Of a DNA stretch of 64,000 bases, positions 1 through 8,170 are shown piece after piece. The position numbers and the translations under genes are program-made. This DNA comes from a virus (lineage: Duplodnaviria > Heunggongvirae > Uroviricota > Caudoviricetes), in IMG/VR virus record IMGVR_UViG_3300033121_001869, positions 109,076 to 173,075 of that record, one strand, 5' to 3'. The notes below the pieces were generated by a model. The model was not told where the DNA came from and ran no database searches. It worked only from the letters and a program-made list of their open reading frames with translations. Position 1 is the stretch's first letter. Each line of letters starts with the position of its first letter.

Positions 1-296
1 ATGTTTCAACCGAAAAAGGATTTAAAAGAGTAAAAGCTGTTGGTATAACAAGTGAAAATTCTGAAAAAATAAAAATCGAAACAAAAGATTTCGAATTGAT
101 CGGATCACCATTACATAGAGTAAAATACCTTAATGACTGGCTATATCTCAAGGATATTAAAATAGGCAATAAAATAAATACGAAAAATGGTATTCAAGAA
201 ATTACTAATGTTGATTTGGATAATAGAAGGGAAGATCTTTGGGACATAGAGGTAGATGGACACGAATACTACTCAAATGGGATTCTCAGCCATAAC
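1..296 (+). mobile_element. intein (C-terminal portion, Hint block F/G) inserted in the P-loop of the gp46-like ATPase
   Basis: The sequence ...DIEVDGHEYYSNGILSHN|S has the canonical intein C-terminal splice junction, with the terminal HN followed by a +1 Ser. The extein resumes with the Walker-A serine. Confidence 0.6.
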
Positions 297-1886
297 TCAT
301 CATTATTAGAATCATTCGAATATACATTATACGGTAAAGTTAAATCAGGTAAAAATAAAAAATGGTATAAACTATCAACACTACCAAATAGAATTAATAA
401 TGAATTATTAAACAGGATAAAATTTCAATCTAACTCAATAAATGTTGAAGTAAAAAGAGGTATAAATCCAAATACATTAGAATTGTGGGAAAATGGGGTT
501 CTAAACGATAGAGCCGGAAAAGGAAACATTGATGATAAAATTGAAGAATATATCGGAATGGATATTGAAACATTCAAATCATTTATATCCATGTCAATAA
601 ATGATTTTAAAAATTTTATTTCACTAAGTAATGAAGAAAAACAACTTCTATTAGATAAACTATTTAACCTAGAAGTTATTAATATTTTAAATTCAATTTT
701 AAAAGAATTAGTCAAGAACAATAAAATAAGAATGTCATCCTTGGATTCCGAGATTAATACTCTAAATGAATCCATACAATCTATACAAAGATCTATTGAT
801 AAAGCCATTGAAAAGGAAAAAGAAAATACGCAAGTTGAAATAGACACTATTAAATCTGAAATGGAATCTAAGAAAGGAGATTACACTTCTCTTAAAGAAA
901 AAATGGATAAAATAAAAGCCAAAGAAAAAGAGTTATCAGATGAAATGGATTCTGAGAAAAGACAATTTATTATTATACAAACAGATATAAAAGGAGTACA
1001 ACGTGATATTGATTTATATGATTCAGGTAAATGTCCAACTTGCGCAACACCATTTAATTCAGAACACTTTGTTTCACTTAGAGAAACTTTGGTTAATAAG
1101 AAAGAATCCTTAGAGAAGATAAAAGTAGAATTGGAAAATAATATTAAAGCGGTAAAGGAAAAACAATCCAAATTAAATACTATCTCTGATAATATATCTA
1201 AAGCATTTAATGATGTGACATATTTTCTTAAAAATTGTAAATCACAAATTGAAAAACTGGAATTAAAAAATACAAAAAATGAATCCTCTGAAAATATAAC
1301 AGGATTCTATAAAACAATTGAAGAACTAAAAGACAAGAAAGAAGTCTCAACAGAAAATATTTTAATCTCCAAAGAAAAAGAACATTATTATAAAGAATTA
1401 AATAAGATATTCAGTGAGGATGGTGTAAAGAAATCAATAATATCCGGGATAATTAAGCCCATTAATCACTTCATAAATCAAAATATTAAGAAGATGGGAT
1501 TGTATTTTGAAGTACAATTAGATGATACATTTACAGCTGAAATCAAGCACTTAGGATCAACAATCGACTCTGAAAGTTTATCAACAGGGGAACACAAATT
1601 AACAAACATTTGTATATTAACCGCATACCTAATGTTAATCAGAACAAAAAAGTTTATTAATATTTTATTCTTAGATGAAGTATTCGCCTCCGTTGATTTG
1701 GATAACATACATAAAATACTAACACTACTAAAATCCTTTGCTAATGAATATAAAGTAAATATATTTGTTGTTCACCATGCGATATTAAATAATGAATCTT
1801 TTGATAGAATTATTAAAATTGATAAAAATATTTTCTCTTCGATAGAGGAATTCAATATGGAAGAGTATGAAGAATCAACTTTATAA
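1..1886 (+). CDS. gp46/SbcC/Rad50-like recombination ATPase, 5' truncated at window edge, contains an intein
   Basis: Frame 3 is open from nt 3 (no stop upstream of the TTG at 96). The C-terminal part has CPTC zinc-hook-like motif, D-loop/Walker B LFLDEVFASVDLDN and an H-loop HH, aligning to T4 gp46. The residues after the intein (SSLLESFEYTLYGK) align to gp46 just after the Walker-A GKS. Confidence 0.75.
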   Translation, partial: VSTEKGFKRVKAVGITSENSEKIKIETKDFELIGSPLHRVKYLNDWLYLKDIKIGNKINTKNGIQEITNVDLDNRREDLWDIEVDGHEYYSNGILSHNSSLLESFEYTLYGKVKSGKNKKWYKLSTLPNRINNELLNRIKFQSNSINVEVKRGINPNTLELWENGVLNDRAGKGNIDDKIEEYIGMDIETFKSFISMSINDFKNFISLSNEEKQLLLDKLFNLEVINILNSILKELVKNNKIRMSSLDSEINTLNESIQSIQRSIDKAIEKEKENTQVEIDTIKSEMESKKGDYTSLKEKMDKIKAKEKELSDEMDSEKRQFIIIQTDIKGVQRDIDLYDSGKCPTCATPFNSEHFVSLRETLVNKKESLEKIKVELENNIKAVKEKQSKLNTISDNISKAFNDVTYFLKNCKSQIEKLELKNTKNESSENITGFYKTIEELKDKKEVSTENILISKEKEHYYKELNKIFSEDGVKKSIISGIIKPINHFINQNIKKMGLYFEVQLDDTFTAEIKHLGSTIDSESLSTGEHKLTNICILTAYLMLIRTKKFINILFLDEVFASVDLDNIHKILTLLKSFANEYKVNIFVVHHAILNNESFDRIIKIDKNIFSSIEEFNMEEYEESTL

Positions 1887-1907
1887 TAAATAAAAATAAA
1901 AATAAAT

Positions 1908-2162
1908 ATGGAAATTATAAAATATAAGCTTGATGGTGATTTCGTAGAAGGAGAATTTTATGATATAACGGTTGATTCAACTCTATGTGTAAAAATTATA
2001 AGTTTAGATAATCCAGAAAATAGTGAAAATTTTCTAAATTCTATAAATGGACAAACCATACCAATGCAATATAAAGGAAAATCAAGAATTGATAATATGT
2101 CTATATTTGTTATTTCACCTACACAAGCATTGAGGGATTTAAAGCTGGGAAATATATTGTGA
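1908..2162 (+). CDS. hypothetical protein
   Basis: ORF of 84 aa, packed tightly after gp46. Confidence 0.4.
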   Translation: MEIIKYKLDGDFVEGEFYDITVDSTLCVKIISLDNPENSENFLNSINGQTIPMQYKGKSRIDNMSIFVISPTQALRDLKLGNIL

Positions 2163-2563
2163 TATACTTAATTACTGAAAATGAAAAAAGACAAATCATG
2201 GTATTTGATCTTAAAAGTTTTGATGGTTTTTCCTCACACCGAAGATCCGGACAACCATTTGCCCCATCAGAATTTGATACTCATTTAAAAATGACATTAC
2301 AACATCAAAGTGATTTCTGGACAATTATCAATGAATTATATCAATTTGATTATCAAAATTTGAAGTATATAAAAATTGATATTACAATATACAATGATGA
2401 GAATGAATCATCTTTTAATTATGCTGGATGTTCACTAAGATCATTTTCAATAGATTCTAATGAAATTGAGTTATCTAGTGATTATATGAATTATTCGGAT
2501 TCGGATTCTGATAGATTTAAAATGTTTCGTAGGAATAATAGATTAAAGTCCATTGGTATCTAA
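2159..2563 (+). CDS. hypothetical protein
   Basis: ORF of 134 aa with a 4-nt overlap to the upstream ORF. Confidence 0.45.
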   Translation: MIYLITENEKRQIMVFDLKSFDGFSSHRRSGQPFAPSEFDTHLKMTLQHQSDFWTIINELYQFDYQNLKYIKIDITIYNDENESSFNYAGCSLRSFSIDSNEIELSSDYMNYSDSDSDRFKMFRRNNRLKSIGI

Positions 2564-3175
2564 ATTTATTTTATACCCCAACATCGTTTCTAAATATTTT
2601 AATGTTACTTCCTTAGATTTAGAATCATCATCATTTTCAAAAATTAAAATATGTAATGTCTTATTTGTTTCTAAGTCAATAACAACTTTCCAACAATATT
2701 TTGGAATATAAACATTATCTCCAATTTTTTTACATTTTTCATTAAAAACACCACCACAAATAACTGCTATTTTTTTATTTTGTGAAATCTTCCTCAGAAT
2801 TCCTTCCCATTTCTTCCAAATTCCTCTATTTAAATTCGGAGTCTGTGGAAGACAATTATAATATCGAAATGTTTTTTCTTCTTTATAACAATCAAATGCG
2901 AAATCCTCAGCATTTGCCAAATGTCCAGCATCATATCCACTATTTAAATAGTCCTTATCTGTCGCACATTTCATTTTAATATCATTCTTAAATCGAAACT
3001 TCTCTCTGGTACATTCACCACCTGCCTTATACATATTATATGAAACATATAATGGACATTTATAATGATAAGAAAAATATGACTTATAAAAACCTGTATT
3101 AATAATAGTATCAACACTTTGTGAAAAGGAAGATAAATAAAATAAACAAAAACAGAAAGAGAGGAATAACCGCAT
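2543..3175 (-). CDS. secreted DNA/RNA non-specific endonuclease (EndoG/NucA-like, His-Me finger)
   Basis: N-terminal signal peptide MRLFLSFCFCLFYLSSFSQS. The motif SGYDAGHLANAEDF resembles the EndoG/NucA active site (F)DRGHLAAAAN. Confidence 0.5.
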   Translation of the reverse strand: MRLFLSFCFCLFYLSSFSQSVDTIINTGFYKSYFSYHYKCPLYVSYNMYKAGGECTREKFRFKNDIKMKCATDKDYLNSGYDAGHLANAEDFAFDCYKEEKTFRYYNCLPQTPNLNRGIWKKWEGILRKISQNKKIAVICGGVFNEKCKKIGDNVYIPKYCWKVVIDLETNKTLHILIFENDDDSKSKEVTLKYLETMLGYKINLDTNGL

Positions 3176-3452
3176 GAACTTTTTTATTATATATATCTAT
3201 AAATTAAAAACCAAAACAATGGCAATAGCTACTTATGATTTTAGTGATGTAACTAGTTCATCACTTACAATATCATCAATTCCATCACACAGACACAATG
3301 ATTTAATTTTAGAATCAGAAAAATTAATTGAATATATTGATTTTGCATTTAAAATAATGGGAATTGAAATAAGTTATTCGCAATTTCAAAAAATGAACGA
3401 ATTTGAAAAAAAATCATTTTTAAGAGATTTAAAAATTAATAAAATTATATGA
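3174..3452 (+). CDS. hypothetical protein
   Basis: ORF of 92 aa. Confidence 0.4.
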   Translation: MNFFIIYIYKLKTKTMAIATYDFSDVTSSSLTISSIPSHRHNDLILESEKLIEYIDFAFKIMGIEISYSQFQKMNEFEKKSFLRDLKINKII

Positions 3453-3649
3453 TAGAAATAAAAGTAGAAAGTAAAGACTCATTAGAAAGGTCTTTAAAAT
3501 TACTCAAAAGAAAATTTGATAGAATTGGTGTGGTTAAAGAACTACGAAGAAGAAAAACCTTTACAAAAAAATCTGTTGAGAGAAGAGAAGAAATTAGAAA
3601 AGCAATTAGGAAAAAAGACTGGATTAAAGATAATAACCTTGAAAAATAA
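3449..3649 (+). CDS. rpsU: ribosomal protein bS21 homolog
   Basis: The 66-aa protein IKV..SLERSLKLLKRKFDRIGVVKELRRRKTFTKKSVERREEIRKAIRK aligns along its length to bacterial S21 (IKV..FD.ALRRFKR..EKAGVL.EVRRREFYEKPT.ERKR). Confidence 0.8.
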   Translation: MIEIKVESKDSLERSLKLLKRKFDRIGVVKELRRRKTFTKKSVERREEIRKAIRKKDWIKDNNLEK

Positions 3650-3959
3650 AGCCCAACAATCTTTAAAAGAATTATTTAATAATTATAATTCAACAAATCC
3701 AGTTGTAAATAATATCCCAATTAATTATTATGTGAAAAATCACACTTGTCCAAAATGTGATAGCATAAACACAGGTGCTAGATTTTTAATTAGTATTCCA
3801 CTAATAGATAATAAACTAGAAACTACAAAGGGAATAACTAAAGCTAATAGTTTCTGCAAAGATTGTGGATACGAAGATGAATATGGCGGATTTGAAAAAA
3901 CACATAGACAAATTAATAGGGATAAAAAAATAAATTCTATTTTAGATGGGGTTTCATAA
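3638..3959 (+). CDS. zinc-ribbon protein (CPKC...CKDC); start uncertain
   Basis: Two CxxC pairs. The tracked ORF (3516..) overlaps bS21 and has no internal ATG. A TTG at 3638 is the first start after the bS21 stop. Confidence 0.35.
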
Positions 3960-4356
3960 AAGAAATATAACAAAAGAAATAATACTTTCTAATATTAATA
4001 ATATTGATTCTTTATTAAGTGCTGATGCCTTTGTATTAGATGATTGGTCATCCAAATTTATACATGATTTAGATATTAAAGAAAGAGAACTCAGAAAAAA
4101 AATCAAAGAGGAAAACAAACTATCATCTGTATCATGTCCAGATAAAAATCCAAATTATAAAGATCTAAAATCTCTATCAGAAACTCTAATTGGATTAATG
4201 ACAGATCCCGATTGGTTAGATATTCATTTCACACAAGATAAAATTGGAAGATTTGATGTTCCATTTGAAAGTCTAGGAGTGTTAGAAGATTTAAAAAAGA
4301 TAGCTACTGATAGAATTATAAAATATTATGATGATAATGATAATATTTGTGCTTAA
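3946..4356 (+). CDS. hypothetical protein
   Basis: ORF of 136 aa. Confidence 0.45.
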   Translation: MGFHKRNITKEIILSNINNIDSLLSADAFVLDDWSSKFIHDLDIKERELRKKIKEENKLSSVSCPDKNPNYKDLKSLSETLIGLMTDPDWLDIHFTQDKIGRFDVPFESLGVLEDLKKIATDRIIKYYDDNDNICA

Positions 4357-4467
4357 AGAACAAAATTAATATAATATATTTTACCAATGAAAATCTTTTA
4401 CCACCTGAATATTTGGCAGAAATTACATCAGATGTGAATATAATACTTGAAAAAATTAAAAAATATA

Positions 4468-5205
4468 ATGGAGTTAAAAAGTTTATTAAATAAAAATCTA
4501 TATCTTATTTTAAATGTGGATAAAAATTCTGAATTAAAAGTCATAAAATCATCATTTTATGCGCTCTCTAAAAAATTACACCCCGATGTGAATCACAATA
4601 TTAGAGAAAATGTTTTATTTCAAGAAATATCCGAAGCATGGTCAGTACTTGGCGATGATTCTCTAAAATCAGAATATGATAAAAAATCTAAGTTTGGAAA
4701 AGACTACAATGAAATTGAAGAATTGTTTAAAATCGACTTAGAATATAATCACAAAGAAACTGAACGAATTTATAATGAGACTAAAAATCGAGAGGTATTA
4801 GATATTATAATTAAAATTAATAAAGATGATTTTGATGGTAGTATTGAATATGCAAGATATGTTTTATGTAAAGAGTGTAAAGGAAGTGGAAAAGATACCT
4901 CAACCAAACTTGCAATCAAAAATGATAAAGGTGAGATAAGATATTTTGAGGCCGATGATGGTTGTGACTATTGTGAAGGCACTGGAAAATCTTGGACAGG
5001 TCAAGATTGTGGATATTGTAATGGGCAAGGAAAAGTTGGAATTAATCCATGTAAAACATGTAATGGCGAGAGAAGAATTTTAGGTAAACAAAAACTTAAT
5101 AATGTTAAACTTTCTGGTGAAGAAACCAAAGTAGAATCTATGGGACATTTAAGCTATTATGATAGAGGAAAATGCGGGAATTTAATACTTAAAACTAATA
5201 TATAA
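4468..5205 (+). CDS. DnaJ-like co-chaperone (J domain plus CxxCxGxG zinc-finger repeats)
   Basis: HPD motif (KLHPDVN) in an N-terminal J domain. Four CxxC(x)G repeats follow (CKECKGSG, CDYCEGTG, CGYCNGQG, CKTCNGER). The ATG at 4468 is preferred over the TTG at 4447. Confidence 0.75.
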   Translation: MELKSLLNKNLYLILNVDKNSELKVIKSSFYALSKKLHPDVNHNIRENVLFQEISEAWSVLGDDSLKSEYDKKSKFGKDYNEIEELFKIDLEYNHKETERIYNETKNREVLDIIIKINKDDFDGSIEYARYVLCKECKGSGKDTSTKLAIKNDKGEIRYFEADDGCDYCEGTGKSWTGQDCGYCNGQGKVGINPCKTCNGERRILGKQKLNNVKLSGEETKVESMGHLSYYDRGKCGNLILKTNI

Positions 5206-5311
5206 ATTATGAAATATCTTAAAAAAATCATCTTAAAGGAATCTATCGAAATGTTAGATTCTAATTATATAGGGGATTCTAAGAGATATAATTGATAATG
5301 ATTATAAAGTA

Positions 5312-5674
5312 TTGATTTTAACCCAATGGTCATCAACCAAAGGTGAAAATATGATAGATATAACTATACATGGAATTGAAGAAAATAGACAAAAGATAAT
5401 TTATTTAGATGATATTATACAACCTATACAATCTCTATGTAGCTATTTAAAAACTGAAGGATATTATCCTATCGAGGCTTCAAAAAATTTAATAGAACTA
5501 ATAGAAAATGTTTTAAATATTAAAAATCCAACACTTGCTGACATTTTAAAAACAAAAAAAGATAATCCTTATAATAAATATGTAGGCAATCTAACAGCAG
5601 AAGATGATAGATGGTGTTTTTTTTGGAAAAGTACCTATGAAAAAGGATTGGTTTTTGATTTTGAACAAATTTAA
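5312..5674 (+). CDS. hypothetical protein
   Basis: ORF of 120 aa. An internal ATG (MIDIT) is a possible alternative start. Confidence 0.4.
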   Translation: MILTQWSSTKGENMIDITIHGIEENRQKIIYLDDIIQPIQSLCSYLKTEGYYPIEASKNLIELIENVLNIKNPTLADILKTKKDNPYNKYVGNLTAEDDRWCFFWKSTYEKGLVFDFEQI

Positions 5675-6882
5675 ATATTATTAAATTTAATATCAATATT
5701 TTCAATTAGTGATGTTAAATATCTTCTCATGTTTTTAACATTATCATGTGATTTACTTGAAATATTTTTAAAACCCAATCCATCAATTATTTCACCTTCT
5801 TGATTAACTCCACTAATTATTGTTTCAATATTATATTGAAACTCACTCAATTCATTAAATAGGTAATGTAGTGAATCTTTAAGTCCTTTAGATATTGTTT
5901 CTATCTTACTTTCTATATTAATAAGTTCTAGAGTGTATTTTGGAACTTTTCCTAATTTTAACTTTGAAACACTTATTCCACTTTTTATTTCAAACTTCTT
6001 ATAATAATTATTTCTCCTAAAATCGTTTGATAATAAATAGATATCGATTTTATCTGAATATTTTAAAGCAATTAAATAAAAATTAACTTCTGCATTACTA
6101 ATTGGAACAGTGGATGAAATTCCACTACACAATTTAATTTGATATTTAACATTATCAGCAATAATATCAGCTTCACTATTATCCTCTACAACCTTAGCAT
6201 TGGGTATCATTCCTGCAATAAATGATTCGAATAAAAATCCTGATGATCCAGGTGTAAAAAAGTCTTTAATCTCATTAATATAATGTAATAAAATTATAGC
6301 TGACATTTCCTTTTGAATAGTTTCTCTGGCTCTTCTCCTCAATTGTAAACCAGAACTAATTCTTTCCAAATCCTCTATTTTACCTATAAGAGATTTAACA
6401 CCCGATTTATTATTACCCAATGATGCTGAATATCTTCTAACTCTCTTTAATACTTCCATATCAATTTTAACATTAACCCATCCAGTTGGTAATATTGGAA
6501 TTAATTTAATATAATCAATATTATCCTCCCAATTTTCTCCAAATTGAGACACTAATTTTTTAGGAATTTTTATCGGAAAATTTTCACCTTCAGGATAATT
6601 GGTATATAGAACACCATCAATAATATTTACACCAACTAACTGACCATTTTTATCAATACCACCTGGGTATGATTTACCATCAATTCCTATAATATCAACT
6701 ATAACATTTCGTTTAAAATTACGTCCATATTCTTCAATTGTAGATTTTTTTAAAACAATATTTCCCTTCATTAAAGGCCTACCAAATTTATTATTATAAA
6801 TATTCCCATCATTATCAATAAGGACATCCAGTGTTGGTATTCTAACATTTTCATTTATTTCAGAAAATTTCTTAATATTCAT
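5671..6882 (-). CDS. hypothetical protein (possible nuclease-like core, unconfirmed)
   Basis: ORF of 403 aa with no confident motif. A weak D...QxK pattern (ADNVKYQIK) is present. Confidence 0.5.
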   Translation of the reverse strand: MNIKKFSEINENVRIPTLDVLIDNDGNIYNNKFGRPLMKGNIVLKKSTIEEYGRNFKRNVIVDIIGIDGKSYPGGIDKNGQLVGVNIIDGVLYTNYPEGENFPIKIPKKLVSQFGENWEDNIDYIKLIPILPTGWVNVKIDMEVLKRVRRYSASLGNNKSGVKSLIGKIEDLERISSGLQLRRRARETIQKEMSAIILLHYINEIKDFFTPGSSGFLFESFIAGMIPNAKVVEDNSEADIIADNVKYQIKLCSGISSTVPISNAEVNFYLIALKYSDKIDIYLLSNDFRRNNYYKKFEIKSGISVSKLKLGKVPKYTLELINIESKIETISKGLKDSLHYLFNELSEFQYNIETIISGVNQEGEIIDGLGFKNISSKSHDNVKNMRRYLTSLIENIDIKFNNI

Positions 6883-6968
6883 TAGTTATATATTAATAAA
6901 AATCTTATATTTGTACAAATTATTTTAAAATATTTCACTATTTATTAGGAAAATCAAAAAATCCTCCT

Positions 6969-6976
6969 TATATTTG
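6969..6976 (+). promoter_or_regulatory. TAnnTTTG (-7-like) element upstream of the small lipoprotein gene
   Basis: TATATTTG lies 28 nt upstream of the ATG at 7005. A second copy sits at 6906..6913 inside the palindrome ATTTGTACAAAT. Confidence 0.35.
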
Positions 6977-7004
6977 TATATTAATTAATCAAAACAACTC
7001 AATT

Positions 7005-7157
7005 ATGAAACGAATTTTATCTATTTTATCAACATTTTTGTTTGCATTAGTGTTGACTTTAACATCTTGCACGAAAGAAAATTTACGAACATCCAACGAA
7101 TGTAATATTTGTGGAACTTGGAAACTAGATTCCATTGTTATCCCCAGATCAAATTGA
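7005..7157 (+). CDS. small putative lipoprotein (50 aa)
   Basis: MKRILSILSTFLFALVLTLTSC has a signal peptide with an LTSC lipobox. The ORF was not in the supplied track because it is shorter than 60 aa. Confidence 0.4.
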   Translation: MKRILSILSTFLFALVLTLTSCTKENLRTSNECNICGTWKLDSIVIPRSN

Positions 7158-7250
7158 TGGATGTGGAGACAGTCTTACAAAAGATTTTGATGTTTATACA
7201 TCCATATTGTGATAGAACAGAAATTTGGCACTTCACGAAAAATTAATGCC

Positions 7251-7280
7251 TACCAAACGTTTGTTTGGTAAATTTATTTT
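7251..7280 (+). terminator. intrinsic terminator hairpin plus T-run
   Basis: TACCAAACG/CGTTTGGTA-type inverted repeat followed by AATTTATTTT. Confidence 0.45.
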
Positions 7281-7290
7281 CAAATAATAT

Positions 7291-7313
7291 AAATGTTCCA
7301 CTTCGGAACATTT
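7291..7313 (-). terminator. intrinsic terminator for the tail-collar gene
   Basis: AAATGTTCC-ACTTC-GGAACATTT is a 9-bp stem immediately after the stop at 7321, with A/T runs on both sides. Confidence 0.5.
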
Positions 7314-7320
7314 ATATTAT

Positions 7321-8127
7321 TTATGATACACGAATAGCAAATGCTAAAATTGTCGTTGGTGGATTATAAAGCTGAGCATTACTTTGTAATTCTAAATAAC
7401 TATTAACATTACTTGTACCATCCAACGTATTAGAAGTAAAAGCATAAGTATTAGCAGGACCTGCTCCTCCCGAATGGTCTCCTAAATCTCCTGGATGATA
7501 CCAGCTATCTTGTCCTCCTCTTTCACCTCTTACAAATCCAGTACCATCTGCATTTGTTCCTAACCAACTCATATAAGCACCTATGTGATTATTATCTGAA
7601 TCTTGATTCGGCCATCCATCTGGCCATCCATCTGCTTCATCATTATGTGCATTTCCTCCTCCCCAGCCACCATCGTCTGGTGAAAACCAACTATATTTGT
7701 GAGCATGTGGTGGTAAATATTCTCTTGTAATAACGCCGTATGTAGCACCAGTAGCAAAGCCAGGGGTGGACCATCCTGGAATATCTTGTTTTGCTGCTTC
7801 AGGATTGATTGGTGATATTCCTGCATTTCCTACTACTGCAGCGGCTACAAATCGACCTCTAAGATCTGGACCACCATTTCGACCATCACAAAGCGCCCAT
7901 CCTTCCCATTCAGTACCATCCAATCCACGTCCAGTAGACTCATCAAAAAATGCACTTAGTGTAGCACCTATAGGATAGAACATCTTGATAGTTCCAATAG
8001 CATCTCTATTTATAACTGTAATTTGATGACCCAATCCATTAAAATATTCCTCTTTTGAGAGATCTGGTTTCTGCATTAAATTTTGGAAAGTATTTGCGAT
8101 AAATTGTCCTCGAAGATCATTTGACAT
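7321..8127 (-). CDS. phage tail collar domain protein (tail fiber tip, MdpB-like)
   Basis: GWALCDGR tail-collar motif, a Gly-rich middle and a C-terminal ...TTILAFAIRV typical of this family. Composition is visibly more G-rich than the surroundings. Confidence 0.7.
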   Translation of the reverse strand: MSNDLRGQFIANTFQNLMQKPDLSKEEYFNGLGHQITVINRDAIGTIKMFYPIGATLSAFFDESTGRGLDGTEWEGWALCDGRNGGPDLRGRFVAAAVVGNAGISPINPEAAKQDIPGWSTPGFATGATYGVITREYLPPHAHKYSWFSPDDGGWGGGNAHNDEADGWPDGWPNQDSDNNHIGAYMSWLGTNADGTGFVRGERGGQDSWYHPGDLGDHSGGAGPANTYAFTSNTLDGTSNVNSYLELQSNAQLYNPPTTILAFAIRVS

Positions 8128-8170
8128 AATTTATATTATTTTTATCCATTTTAATTTATATATTTATTTT

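Noticed and set aside
96-1886. Treating the TTG at 96 as the true start of the gp46 gene, partly because LHRVKYLND superficially resembles the gp46 N-terminus (LNRVKYKN)
   Set aside because: The frame is open all the way to nt 3. The upstream residues together with ...DIEVDGHEYYSNGILSHN|S form an intein C-terminus. The Walker-A region is missing from the ORF, as expected if the N-extein lies upstream of the window.
3516-3649. The 5' 130 nt of the tracked ORF 3516..3959 overlapping bS21 in another frame
   Set aside because: It overlaps a well-supported S21 gene and contains no ATG. The downstream zinc-ribbon portion is kept with a later, uncertain start.
5225-5311. 28-aa mini-ORF (MKYLKKIILKESIEMLDSNYIGDSKRYN) in the gap before 5312
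   Set aside because: Too short and featureless to support. It may just be the 5' UTR of the next gene.
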